Program-made: the position numbers and the translations under genes
Part shown: positions 1 through 7,029 of the stretch, in pieces
How the letters are laid out: each line of letters begins with the position of its first letter
How positions within the stretch are numbered: the stretch's first letter is position 1
The notes under the pieces: model-generated
Seen by the model: the letters and a program-made list of their open reading frames with translations, nothing else
Databases searched by the model: none
Told to the model about the DNA's origin: nothing
Source of the DNA: Chthonomonas calidirosea
GTDB taxonomy: Bacteria; Armatimonadota; Fimbriimonadia; Fimbriimonadales; Fimbriimonadaceae
DNA length: 12,610 bases
Assembly (NCBI GenBank): GCA_945859975.1
Contig: CAMAPH010000062.1
Span: 1 to 12,610 of the forward strand
Direction of reading: 5' to 3'

Positions 1-888
1 TTCACGCTTATTGAACTCCTCGTCGTTATCGCCATCATCGCGATCCTCGCCGCTATCCTGTTCCCAGTCTTCGCTCAGGCGAAGGAAGCCGCGAAGGACA
101 CCCAGACTCTCAGCAACCTCAAGCAGACGGGTCTCTCCAACCTCATCTACTCTTCGGACTACGATGACGTCTTCGCTCTCTCGCACCGAAACGAGCCAGC
201 CAACGCTGCCCTCTTCGGCATCTCGACCTGGCAGGTTGACGTTCAGCCTTACACCAAGAGCTGGGGCGTAATGCTGCACGCAAAGAACACGGCTTTGCCA
301 ACTGACCCAGCCCTCGCTGCTTGGCAGCGAAACCTGCACTTCGGTGTCTTCACCCGAGCTGCGATCACCACCCCAGGCGCAGGCTTCTACCAGTCGTTCG
401 CTTCTGGCTTCTCTAACGCACTCGGCGGCGTCTTGCCACGATACGAAGGCGTTTTCGGAATCGGTACCGGCCCTGGAGCTCAGCAGGCTTGGACCAACGG
501 AACGACCACTGCAGTCGCTTCGCTCTCGAACACTCAGATCGACAACGTTTCCGGAACCGTCATGGTTGCTGAAGGCGGCATGTGGGATCTTTGGACCGGA
601 TCGCTCGACGGTATCAACCACCCTCTCGCTTACGGCGTGAAGTGGACTCCAGAAGCTCAGTACAACCTTGGCGGAAGCACCGAGTTCTTGATGGCTGGCC
701 CACACGCTCGAAAGCGCGCTGTAGACAACCGAACGGGTCTTCGACTCGCAATCTGTAACGGTATCAGCACCTACGTTGCTACCGACGGATCGGCAAAGTC
801 GATCAACTACCGAGGCCGACTCATGGAAGTCGCCTTCGTCGGAACTCAGCCTGTTCTCCGAAACTTCTTCCCAGCTGGCGGTTTCTAA
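1..888 (+). CDS. Prepilin-type N-terminal cleavage/methylation domain protein (DUF1559/H-X9-DG-like pilin family), 5'-truncated
   Basis: Frame 1 is open from base 1: [56 protein letters not shown]. It runs in frame into the listed 271..888 ORF. The C-terminal GPH...[14 protein letters not shown] resembles the H-X9-DG C-terminal motif with a longer spacer. Confidence 0.93.
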   Translation, partial: FTLIELLVVIAIIAILAAILFPVFAQAKEAAKDTQTLSNLKQTGLSNLIYSSDYDDVFALSHRNEPANAALFGISTWQVDVQPYTKSWGVMLHAKNTALPTDPALAAWQRNLHFGVFTRAAITTPGAGFYQSFASGFSNALGGVLPRYEGVFGIGTGPGAQQAWTNGTTTAVASLSNTQIDNVSGTVMVAEGGMWDLWTGSLDGINHPLAYGVKWTPEAQYNLGGSTEFLMAGPHARKRAVDNRTGLRLAICNGISTYVATDGSAKSINYRGRLMEVAFVGTQPVLRNFFPAGGF

Positions 889-924
889 CACCTAGTCTAA
901 ATCACGCTTAGTGGTTTAGACCCG

Positions 925-964
925 TCGCCCCTGTTCCCTTTGGGAATGGGGGCGATTTTATTTT
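925..964 (+). terminator. Rho-independent terminator of the prepilin gene
   Basis: TCGCCCCTGTTCCC-TTT-GGGAATGGGGGCGA forms a 14-bp stem with 2 G-U pairs, followed by TTTTATTTT. Confidence 0.88.
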
Positions 965-1231
965 GGTTAGCCTGTGATAACCCTCATCACTGAAGAGGTG
1001 TTCCGGAGTAAGCCCTGGTTCTTTTCTGCATTCCGAATCCTCCCCGAGATTCAAATTCAACTTCGGGAACATGGAGCAAATCATGCGTGAAGTTTTCGAC
1101 GTTATGTCGTACCCCATGGCTAGAGCTCATGCTCCCGGAGTGCGCAGGACAGTAAGCACATCTCCCACTCCTTGTTACGAGAATTGCCGCGAAAATTTCG
1201 GACGAGGGAGCGACAATAGGGAAGAACGTTC

Positions 1232-1260
1232 TTGGCGAGTTCTTTAGTTGCGGGTATAAT
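1232..1260 (+). promoter_or_regulatory. Sigma70-type promoter of the small lipoprotein gene
   Basis: TTGGCG (1232-1237), a 17-bp spacer and a perfect TATAAT (1255-1260). The palindrome AAGAACGTTCTT (1222-1233) overlaps the -35 edge. Confidence 0.7.
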
Positions 1261-1312
1261 GCTGTTCCGCTAGGCTGGAAGAGTTTCTGGCCGATTGGAG
1301 GTTTTGATAAAC

Positions 1313-1483
1313 ATGCAGAAGTCCGCTTGGTATCTCGCCATTGTCCTAGTGATGGCTATCGTCGCAGGTTGTGCTCAGGAAGGCGTTGCGTCAGGAGAAG
1401 CTCCCGACGCGAAAGCGACCCCGAAGGGTGAGCGTCCAGCTGCTGGTGCAGGTGGAGCCTCTAGCGCTCAGCTGGCGGACTAA
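1313..1483 (+). CDS. Small (56 aa) lipoprotein with a low-complexity Ala/Gly/Pro mature part
   Basis: GGAGG RBS at 1297-1301 and ATG at 1313. MQKSAWYLAIVLVMAIVAG-C is a signal peptide II with lipobox VAGC (Cys20). The gene is flanked by a promoter and a terminator. Confidence 0.82.
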   Translation: MQKSAWYLAIVLVMAIVAGCAQEGVASGEAPDAKATPKGERPAAGAGGASSAQLAD

Positions 1484-1494
1484 AGCAAATATAG

Positions 1495-1529
1495 AACCGG
1501 GCCGACCACATGGTCGGCCCGGTTTTTTT
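1495..1529 (+). terminator. Rho-independent terminator after the lipoprotein gene
   Basis: AACCGGGCCGACC-ACAT-GGTCGGCCCGGTT is a perfect 13-bp stem running into a T7 tract. Confidence 0.92.
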
Positions 1530-1560
1530 GTGCGTTTAGCAACCTAAATCGGCTTTCACG

Positions 1561-1566
1561 TAGAAT
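1561..1566 (+). promoter_or_regulatory. -10 element of a probably leaderless nuoD transcript
   Basis: TAGAAT lies 6 nt before ATG 1573. There is no Shine-Dalgarno, and an upstream terminator isolates the gene. Confidence 0.55.
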
Positions 1567-1572
1567 GTTTCT

Positions 1573-2793
1573 ATGAGTGCACCAAGCACGTTCATGCCCT
1601 CGACCGAAACCGTGTTTCAGCGCATTGGCGAAAACACGATGGTCGTCAACATGGGGCCGCAACACCCTTCCACCCACGGCGTGCTCCGCGTGATCTGCGA
1701 GCTAGAAGGGGAAACGATTGTCCAGTGCAAGTGCGTCATCGGCTATCTCCACACCGGAATGGAGAAGGAAGCCGAATACCAGCAATACAGCAAATGCGTG
1801 GTCATGACCGACCGCATGGACTACTTGAACGCGAACGGCAACAACCTCGCCCACGCGCTCGCGGTAGAGAAGTTGCTCGGGTGCGAAATTCCGAAGCGTG
1901 CGCAGTACCTTCGCGTCGTCCTGGCGGAACTCAGCCGCGTTGCCTCGCACCTGGTTTGGCTAGGTACCCACGCGCTGGACCTCGGCGCCATGACTCCGTT
2001 CTTCTACTGCATGTCGCAGCGCGAGAAGATTCTGGATCTGTTTGAGATGTTCGCCGGGGTGCGCATGATGCCGTCTTGGATCGTTCCTGGCGGACTTCGC
2101 GGCGACATGCCAGAAGGCTTTGCCGAGCGACTCGATGCATTCCTTGCGGCCTTCCCAGCCGAACTTGATCAGATCGTTGGATTGCTAACCGAGAACCCGA
2201 TCTTCAAGGAGCGCACCATGGGCGTTGGCGTGCTCACGGCGCGACAATCGCTCGAGATCGGTTGCAGCGGCCCGATCGCCCGCGCCTCGGGAGTCGCGTT
2301 CGACCTACGCAAGACCAATCCGTACTCGAGCTACGAGGATTTCGACTTCATGATTCCGGTTGGCCATACCGGCGACGTTTACGATCGCTATCTGGTCCGC
2401 GTGGCCGAGATGCGCGAGTCGCTGAAGATCATTCGGCAGGCCATGGACGGACTTCCCGAGGGCGGATTCCGAACCTCGGATCGAAAAGTCTCGCCGCCAC
2501 CACGAGCTGAATTGGACAACTCGATGGAGTCGCTGATTCACCACTTCAAGCTGTACACCGAAGGTTTCCGACCGCCAGTCGGAGAGGCTTATGCGGGCAT
2601 CGAAGGCTCGAAGGGCGAACTTGGTTTCTACATCATCAGCGACGGTTCAAATCGACCTTACCGCTGGCACGAGCGACCATCGTCCTTCATGAACCTCAAG
2701 TCGCTTGAAGTTCTCGCGATTGGCCGAATGATTGCCGACCTTGTTGCGATCATTGGATCAATCGACATCGTGCTCGGCGAAATCGACCGCTAA
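1573..2793 (+). CDS. nuoD: NADH-quinone oxidoreductase subunit D (49 kDa subunit)
   Basis: Hallmark motifs NMGPQHPSTHGVLR, IGYLHTGMEK, DRMDY, ELSRVASHLVW, GDVYDRY, MESLIHHFK, EGSKGELG and C-terminal IDIVLGEIDR. It lacks the CxxC pairs of [NiFe]-hydrogenase large subunits. Confidence 0.97.
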   Translation: MSAPSTFMPSTETVFQRIGENTMVVNMGPQHPSTHGVLRVICELEGETIVQCKCVIGYLHTGMEKEAEYQQYSKCVVMTDRMDYLNANGNNLAHALAVEKLLGCEIPKRAQYLRVVLAELSRVASHLVWLGTHALDLGAMTPFFYCMSQREKILDLFEMFAGVRMMPSWIVPGGLRGDMPEGFAERLDAFLAAFPAELDQIVGLLTENPIFKERTMGVGVLTARQSLEIGCSGPIARASGVAFDLRKTNPYSSYEDFDFMIPVGHTGDVYDRYLVRVAEMRESLKIIRQAMDGLPEGGFRTSDRKVSPPPRAELDNSMESLIHHFKLYTEGFRPPVGEAYAGIEGSKGELGFYIISDGSNRPYRWHERPSSFMNLKSLEVLAIGRMIADLVAIIGSIDIVLGEIDR

Positions 2794-2800
2794 ACCAGCG

Positions 2801-3901
2801 GTGGGTATTCAACGCGCAACCGAACTTATTAAGCTGGCAATCAAAGACGGCGCCTTTCCAGGCGCCGTCTTTGCTGTGTCATTGAATGGTGCGATCGAGA
2901 CTCGCGCCGTCGGCCACGTGACGTATTGTCCCGATTCGGCCCCGATGACTCCCGATCTGTTTTTCGACCTTGCCTCGGTGAGCAAGGTTGTCTCCACTAC
3001 AACGTGCGCGATGCATTTGGCCGAAGTGGGAAAGTTCGAACTTGAACAGCCAGTTACCAAGCACGTGCCGGAGTTCGCGCAAGCCGGGAAAGAGAAGATC
3101 ACGGTTCGCAACCTGCTGGTCCATGATTCTGGGCTAATCGCCTTTCGGCCCTACCATCAGTCACACACCGAGCCCGCCACCGTTCGCGCGGCAATTTGGT
3201 CCGAGCCGCTGACCTATCCGACGGGGTCCAAGATGGTTTACAGCGACCTAAACATGATCGCCCTGCAGGAGATCATTGAGCGCACGTCAGAAACTGCGTT
3301 GGATCAGTTGTTCGCTCAAATCATGGCGCGAGTGCGCGTCGAGGACCTGCATTACCGGCAAGGTGCTATTGAAGGAGAGGACCTAGCTCGGTATGTACCC
3401 ACCGAGCGGGCCGAGGATTGGCGCAGGAAGCTTCGCGAGCAGCGCGGAACATTTCGCCGGGCGAGCTACGGGCCCGCAAACGAAACCGGCGAGTTCATTC
3501 AAGGCGAAGTCCACGATCCTACGGCGACGGTTCTTGGCGGCGTCGCTGGACACGCTGGGCTGTTTGGAAGCATTGGCGGACTCGGGCGATTTATCGTCGC
3601 GCTTCTTTCAGGAGAGATTGTCTCGACCCAGACGGTGCAAACTTGGACGGCCCGACAATCGAATCTGAGTTCCCGCGCGCTCGGTTGGGATACGAAGTCG
3701 CCCGAGGGAAGTTCGGCCGGCACGCTGATGGGCCCGCGAAGCTTTGGACACACGGGTTACACCGGCACGAGCGTTTGGATTGATCCTGACACGGGAAACT
3801 GGGCGGTCCTGCTAACCAACCGAGTTCATCCGACTGCGCAAAACACGAAGATCATTCCGTTTCGGTCGAAGTTTCATGACGCCCTTTGGGCGAATGACTG
3901 A
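2801..3901 (+). CDS. Serine hydrolase, beta-lactamase/PBP-like family (AmiE/YbbE-like)
   Basis: Motifs FDLASVSK (SxxK), LLVHDSGL, YSDLN, GEVHD, GGVAGHAGLF, FGHTGYTGTSVWIDP and LLTNRVHP. The GTG at 2801, just after the nuoD stop, is preferred over the overlapping TTG 2732. Confidence 0.9.
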   Translation: MGIQRATELIKLAIKDGAFPGAVFAVSLNGAIETRAVGHVTYCPDSAPMTPDLFFDLASVSKVVSTTTCAMHLAEVGKFELEQPVTKHVPEFAQAGKEKITVRNLLVHDSGLIAFRPYHQSHTEPATVRAAIWSEPLTYPTGSKMVYSDLNMIALQEIIERTSETALDQLFAQIMARVRVEDLHYRQGAIEGEDLARYVPTERAEDWRRKLREQRGTFRRASYGPANETGEFIQGEVHDPTATVLGGVAGHAGLFGSIGGLGRFIVALLSGEIVSTQTVQTWTARQSNLSSRALGWDTKSPEGSSAGTLMGPRSFGHTGYTGTSVWIDPDTGNWAVLLTNRVHPTAQNTKIIPFRSKFHDALWAND

Positions 3902-5069
3902 TCGGCACGAGCAAGGCTGCAACCAGGCACACGCCACCGGCAAAGAAGTACGGCGCAACGGGCAGCCAGTCAAACATCGCCCCGCCTAAGATAGGGCCGA
4001 AGATAAACCCGATGGAGCGTGCGCCTTGCAGGACCCCGAACAGTTCGCCTTGCCGCTCGGATGGTGTGAGCTCGCTGACAATGCCATTGATGACCGGATT
4101 CGCGACCCCACTTCCGAAGGCATACAGCGTGCTTGCAACTAGCAGAAGCCCCATCGGCCAAACTGGGAATTGGGCACCCAAAGGGTTCAGGGCAAGGCCG
4201 ACACCTTGGCATACGTACGCCGCACGCAAGAGTCCTCGGCTCGAGAACCGATTCGTGAGCGCCAAAAGGAAGACTCCGGGAATAAGTACCGCCAAGAGTG
4301 ATTCGTAGCCAAAGATGATGCCGAATTCACCCGAGCCGTAACCGTACAACCGCTTGATCAGTCGTGCAAAGGTGCCTTCCAGGGTTGCGAGGGAGAACCA
4401 TGCAACGGCCGCGATGGTTGCGTAGGATGCCACGGCCGGAAAGTCTCGGAGCAACGTGAGGTCGAAGATGATGAGCTTTTTGCCGGGGCTCCGGGACTCG
4501 GACGGTTTTCCGGCAGGAATCAAAAATGCGATTAGAAGTACGCCGACAACGGAAGCCGCCCCGGCGATCCAGCCGACCATCTGATGCCCGTTCGGCAAGT
4601 TTGCAAGATGTCCCCCAAGTGGCGGCCCAAGAACGAGCCCAGCGCTCATGGCGGCGCTGAGCCTTCCTAATGGCCCGGCGCGTTGCTCGGCCGGATAGGC
4701 ATCTGCAATTTGCGCCTGGGCCACCGCCACATTTGCCGCGCCAAATCCGCTCAGCAATCGGCTAGCTACCAGCAGCCAAAGGTCGTTTGGCCCGGCATAG
4801 CAGAACATTGCCGCTGCACTCAAACCTTGGCACCACAGAATCACGGGCTTTCGGCCGATTCGGTCGCTTAGCCCGCCCCAGTGTGGAGAGACAAGGATTT
4901 GGATGACGAAGGTAGACGCGAGGAGCGCGCCGACAACCGTGCCTATCGGCCAATGGGCGAGCACGAGAGACTCCGCGCGAAGCTGGATGCCGGCGATGAT
5001 CATGCCGAAGCCAAAGAGGTCGGCAAAGATGGCAACGATGAGGGGAAGTTCGATTCTCCAGCGCGCCAT
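3852..5069 (-). CDS. MFS transporter (TetA/DHA1-like)
   Basis: Motif A (WGGLSDRIGRKPV), RLLSGFGAAN, motif C-like GLVLGPPLGG and many hydrophobic segments. The start is ATG 5069 or GTG 5072. Confidence 0.93.
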   Translation of the reverse strand: MARWRIELPLIVAIFADLFGFGMIIAGIQLRAESLVLAHWPIGTVVGALLASTFVIQILVSPHWGGLSDRIGRKPVILWCQGLSAAAMFCYAGPNDLWLLVASRLLSGFGAANVAVAQAQIADAYPAEQRAGPLGRLSAAMSAGLVLGPPLGGHLANLPNGHQMVGWIAGAASVVGVLLIAFLIPAGKPSESRSPGKKLIIFDLTLLRDFPAVASYATIAAVAWFSLATLEGTFARLIKRLYGYGSGEFGIIFGYESLLAVLIPGVFLLALTNRFSSRGLLRAAYVCQGVGLALNPLGAQFPVWPMGLLLVASTLYAFGSGVANPVINGIVSELTPSERQGELFGVLQGARSIGFIFGPILGGAMFDWLPVAPYFFAGGVCLVAALLVPISHSPKGRHETSTETE

Positions 5070-5085
5070 CACCTCAGTGTGGCAG

Positions 5086-5505
5086 TTATCGTCGCAGGAG
5101 CCAAAAACTCAGAACGGCTTGAAGAGACCAAGCAATGCTTCGCCAGAGATTGCTAGCGAGAAGCTGGTCGATCACCTCGCGACTCCAAGCTCCGCTGAGT
5201 GAGGCATGGCAACCGGCAGAGTGCAGGAACGTGATACCGTGTCCGACCAACCCGAGCAGCAAAGCGGCCCAGGCAATCGGATCGCGGGTTATGACCGCGG
5301 CGTAACCGGAAGCGATCGGCGCAGCAAGCAGTGGAATCCCGACAATGAGCCCAACCGCAAGGCAGTGGGAGTCGTGAAAGGCCCTAAAGTCGGCCGAGGG
5401 CACGGTGTAGAAACGCGGATACTGGTAGACCTGACACACCCAAGCAACGGCGGCCAAAAGTATGGCGGCGACGATCGCAATGGTGACAATGGTCCCGAGA
5501 TTCAT
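5086..5505 (-). CDS. Small membrane protein, DUF1772/anthrone-oxygenase-like family
   Basis: About 4 hydrophobic helices with the pattern W..Q...YP.F..V....F..FH..H and a C-terminal N.WRS..W. The family call is from recognition only. Confidence 0.65.
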   Translation of the reverse strand: MNLGTIVTIAIVAAILLAAVAWVCQVYQYPRFYTVPSADFRAFHDSHCLAVGLIVGIPLLAAPIASGYAAVITRDPIAWAALLLGLVGHGITFLHSAGCHASLSGAWSREVIDQLLASNLWRSIAWSLQAVLSFWLLRR

Positions 5506-5589
5506 CGACTGATCTTCGACGTCGGGCCCCCGGACGTTCCAAGTTTTGGGACTTCGGAACCACTTAAGTCAAAATTTACGTAAAGATGC

Positions 5590-5746
5590 TTGGGATCCGA
5601 ACGAATAGAGTACTTCAACCCCTCTACTCCTTGGAATTACACCTGAAGGCGCATCTGAGCATTGTCTACGGATGGCCGAACAAACCTACAAAAGTAGGGA
5701 AGTGGCATGGCTGTCGAGCTTAAGCAATTCGGCAGCCTGTTTTTTT
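5590..5746 (+). ncRNA. Candidate small RNA (5' end uncertain)
   Basis: A + strand terminator lies in an intergenic gap with no credible + strand CDS upstream. There is an internal hairpin CCTAC-AAAA-GTAGG (5685-5698) that can be extended, a CU-rich ACTCCTT tract and candidate alternative-sigma promoters upstream. Confidence 0.4.
5709..5746 (+). terminator. Rho-independent terminator (orphan)
   Basis: GGCTGTCGAG-CTTAAGCAA-TTCGGCAGCC forms a 10-bp stem with 2 G-U pairs, followed by TGTTTTTTT. Confidence 0.75.
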
Positions 5747-5766
5747 AGGTTCAAGCACGGAAACGG

Positions 5767-5772
5767 TACGCT
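5767..5772 (+). promoter_or_regulatory. -10 element of a probably leaderless TMEM14 transcript
   Basis: TACGCT (TANNNT) lies 6 nt before ATG 5779, with no Shine-Dalgarno. Confidence 0.5.
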
Positions 5773-5778
5773 ACCCAT

Positions 5779-6129
5779 ATGCCTTGGTTAAATCCCCTTC
5801 TGTTCGTGTATGCGTTCCTGACGGCTAGCATTGGGACGGCAGGTTATTTGGGGCCGATGATCACTGGAACCGGAAAGGCGAGTCTGATCTCGATGGTCGC
5901 CGGGTTCCTTTCCGCTGGACTCATTCTCGCCGGGGTTCAGATTAGCAAGAAAAATACGTTGGCTGGCTACGGACTTTGCGGATTGGTCTGCATTGGGCTC
6001 ATTGCGCGCTTTGCGGGACCGTTTTTCACCGAAGGCGCGCTGTATCCCGCGGGCATCATGGTGATCATTTCATCCGTTTCTCTCATCGGTCTCGCGGTCG
6101 GACACTCCCTCAACACTTACCGGAGCTGA
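5779..6129 (+). CDS. TMEM14 (FAX-like) family small membrane protein
   Basis: 116 aa with the TMEM14 pattern Y..L....G..GY...K.S..S..AG near the N-terminus and RF....T....PAG near the C-terminus. Confidence 0.75.
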   Translation: MPWLNPLLFVYAFLTASIGTAGYLGPMITGTGKASLISMVAGFLSAGLILAGVQISKKNTLAGYGLCGLVCIGLIARFAGPFFTEGALYPAGIMVIISSVSLIGLAVGHSLNTYRS

Positions 6130-7029
6130 ACCTTTCTCCAACGTTCCGATCAGAAGCGCAACTAGGATTAGGGAAGAACCAATTGCGGTCTGGAGGTTCG
6201 GTTTTTCGTTGAGGAAGAGCATGCCGAGACCCGTTGCCAGCGGTGGCTGAAGCAGCAGGGTGATGACCATCAACGAAAGCGGAGCCTTCTCGGCGAGCGT
6301 ATACCAAATGCCGAACGTCACGAGCCCACTGATCAGCACCAGGTAAGTGAGAACGAACGCCGTCGTCGCTCCAGAGCCGTTAAACGTGTAGGGAAACACG
6401 CCGGGCAACACGAATGGTGCCGCGCTTAGAAAAATGGCGGCTCCGACAACTTGGAGCCAAAGCGTTGTTATCCCGGAGGAGCGTCTGGCAATTTGGATGG
6501 CAAGGACACCGCAGATGCTCTCGATCACCACCGCGCCGAGATAGAGTGAGTTACCGAAGGTGTGACCCTGGTTGAGGCTTGGCGCCGCAAATCCGACGCT
6601 CACCACATAGGCCCCAGCAAACCCTAGGGCAATAGCGATCACCCGAACGCGGCTTATTCTCTCCCGGAGTAGGACGAAGGACAACACGGCCACCCAGAGC
6701 GGTGCGGTCGTACCGAGAATATTTCCCTCAAAAGTAGAGGTACGAGTGATGGCGTAATAGTAGATCGCGTGAGCGGGACCAAAAAAACAGAAGCCGAGGG
6801 TCACTGCGACTACGCGGTCTTTGGTGACCGGCCAACGTGCGTTCGTGAAGCGACGAAAACTGGGAACGGAGAGGCAAAGGCCCAGCAGTATGGCAAGGCT
6901 GCACCAACGCGTCGCCGCGATCGCGACCGGGGAGGCACCGTCTTTAACGGCTAGGCTGACGAGCAAGTTGACCGGAGCCCAAAGCACATTTAGGAGTGCG
7001 AGGATGCCGAACAGTTGCTTCTTTTCGAT
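6070..7029 (-). CDS. EamA/DMT family transporter
   Basis: Two EamA repeats (LW, SP..IAATR, AP.WVAVLSFVLLRERI, LLQPPLAT.LG.LFLNEK). The frame extends 14 codons upstream of GTG 6987 to an ATC at 7029 that overlaps the ygfZ stop. The start position is inferred. Confidence 0.9.
   Translation of the reverse strand: MEKKQLFGILALLNVLWAPVNLLVSLAVKDGASPVAIAATRWCSLAILLGLCLSVPSFRRFTNARWPVTKDRVVAVTLGFCFFGPAHAIYYYAITRTSTFEGNILGTTAPLWVAVLSFVLLRERISRVRVIAIALGFAGAYVVSVGFAAPSLNQGHTFGNSLYLGAVVIESICGVLAIQIARRSSGITTLWLQVVGAAIFLSAAPFVLPGVFPYTFNGSGATTAFVLTYLVLISGLVTFGIWYTLAEKAPLSLMVITLLLQPPLATGLGMLFLNEKPNLQTAIGSSLILVALLIGTLEKGSAPVSVEGVSDRETDERNG

Noticed and set aside
11..271. 86-aa Ser/Arg-rich ORF, and ATG 271 as a separate gene start
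   Set aside because: The short ORF is an off-frame shadow of the prepilin N-terminus. The real frame is continuous from base 1 to 888.
908..1117. 69-aa minus-strand ORF and other short ORFs in the 965-1230 gap
   Set aside because: It runs through the pilin terminator, with no recognisable domain or convincing start signal.
889..1254. Possible DGR template repeat or pilin variation cassette after the prepilin gene
   Set aside because: No repeat of the pilin 3' end and no reverse transcriptase or invertase is visible in the window.
1573..2793. [NiFe]-hydrogenase large subunit as an explanation for the orphan gene
   Set aside because: It has no N- or C-terminal CxxC Ni-binding motifs and ends in the canonical NuoD GEIDR.
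2801..3901. True beta-lactamase resistance gene
   Set aside because: The motifs (GEVHD, AGHAGLF, HTGYTG) fit the broad serine hydrolase/amidase group, and there is no signal peptide.
5586..5723. 45-codon + strand ORF (MLGIRTNRVLQPLYSLELHLK...) in the sRNA candidate region
   Set aside because: It has no RBS, no recognisable features, and its stop lies inside the terminator loop. Not fully excluded.
5675..5737. c-di-GMP-I riboswitch (CAAACC...GGGA resemblance)
   Set aside because: It lacks the GNRA loop, the GACGCAAA junction and a tetraloop-receptor P3. The similarity is only superficial.
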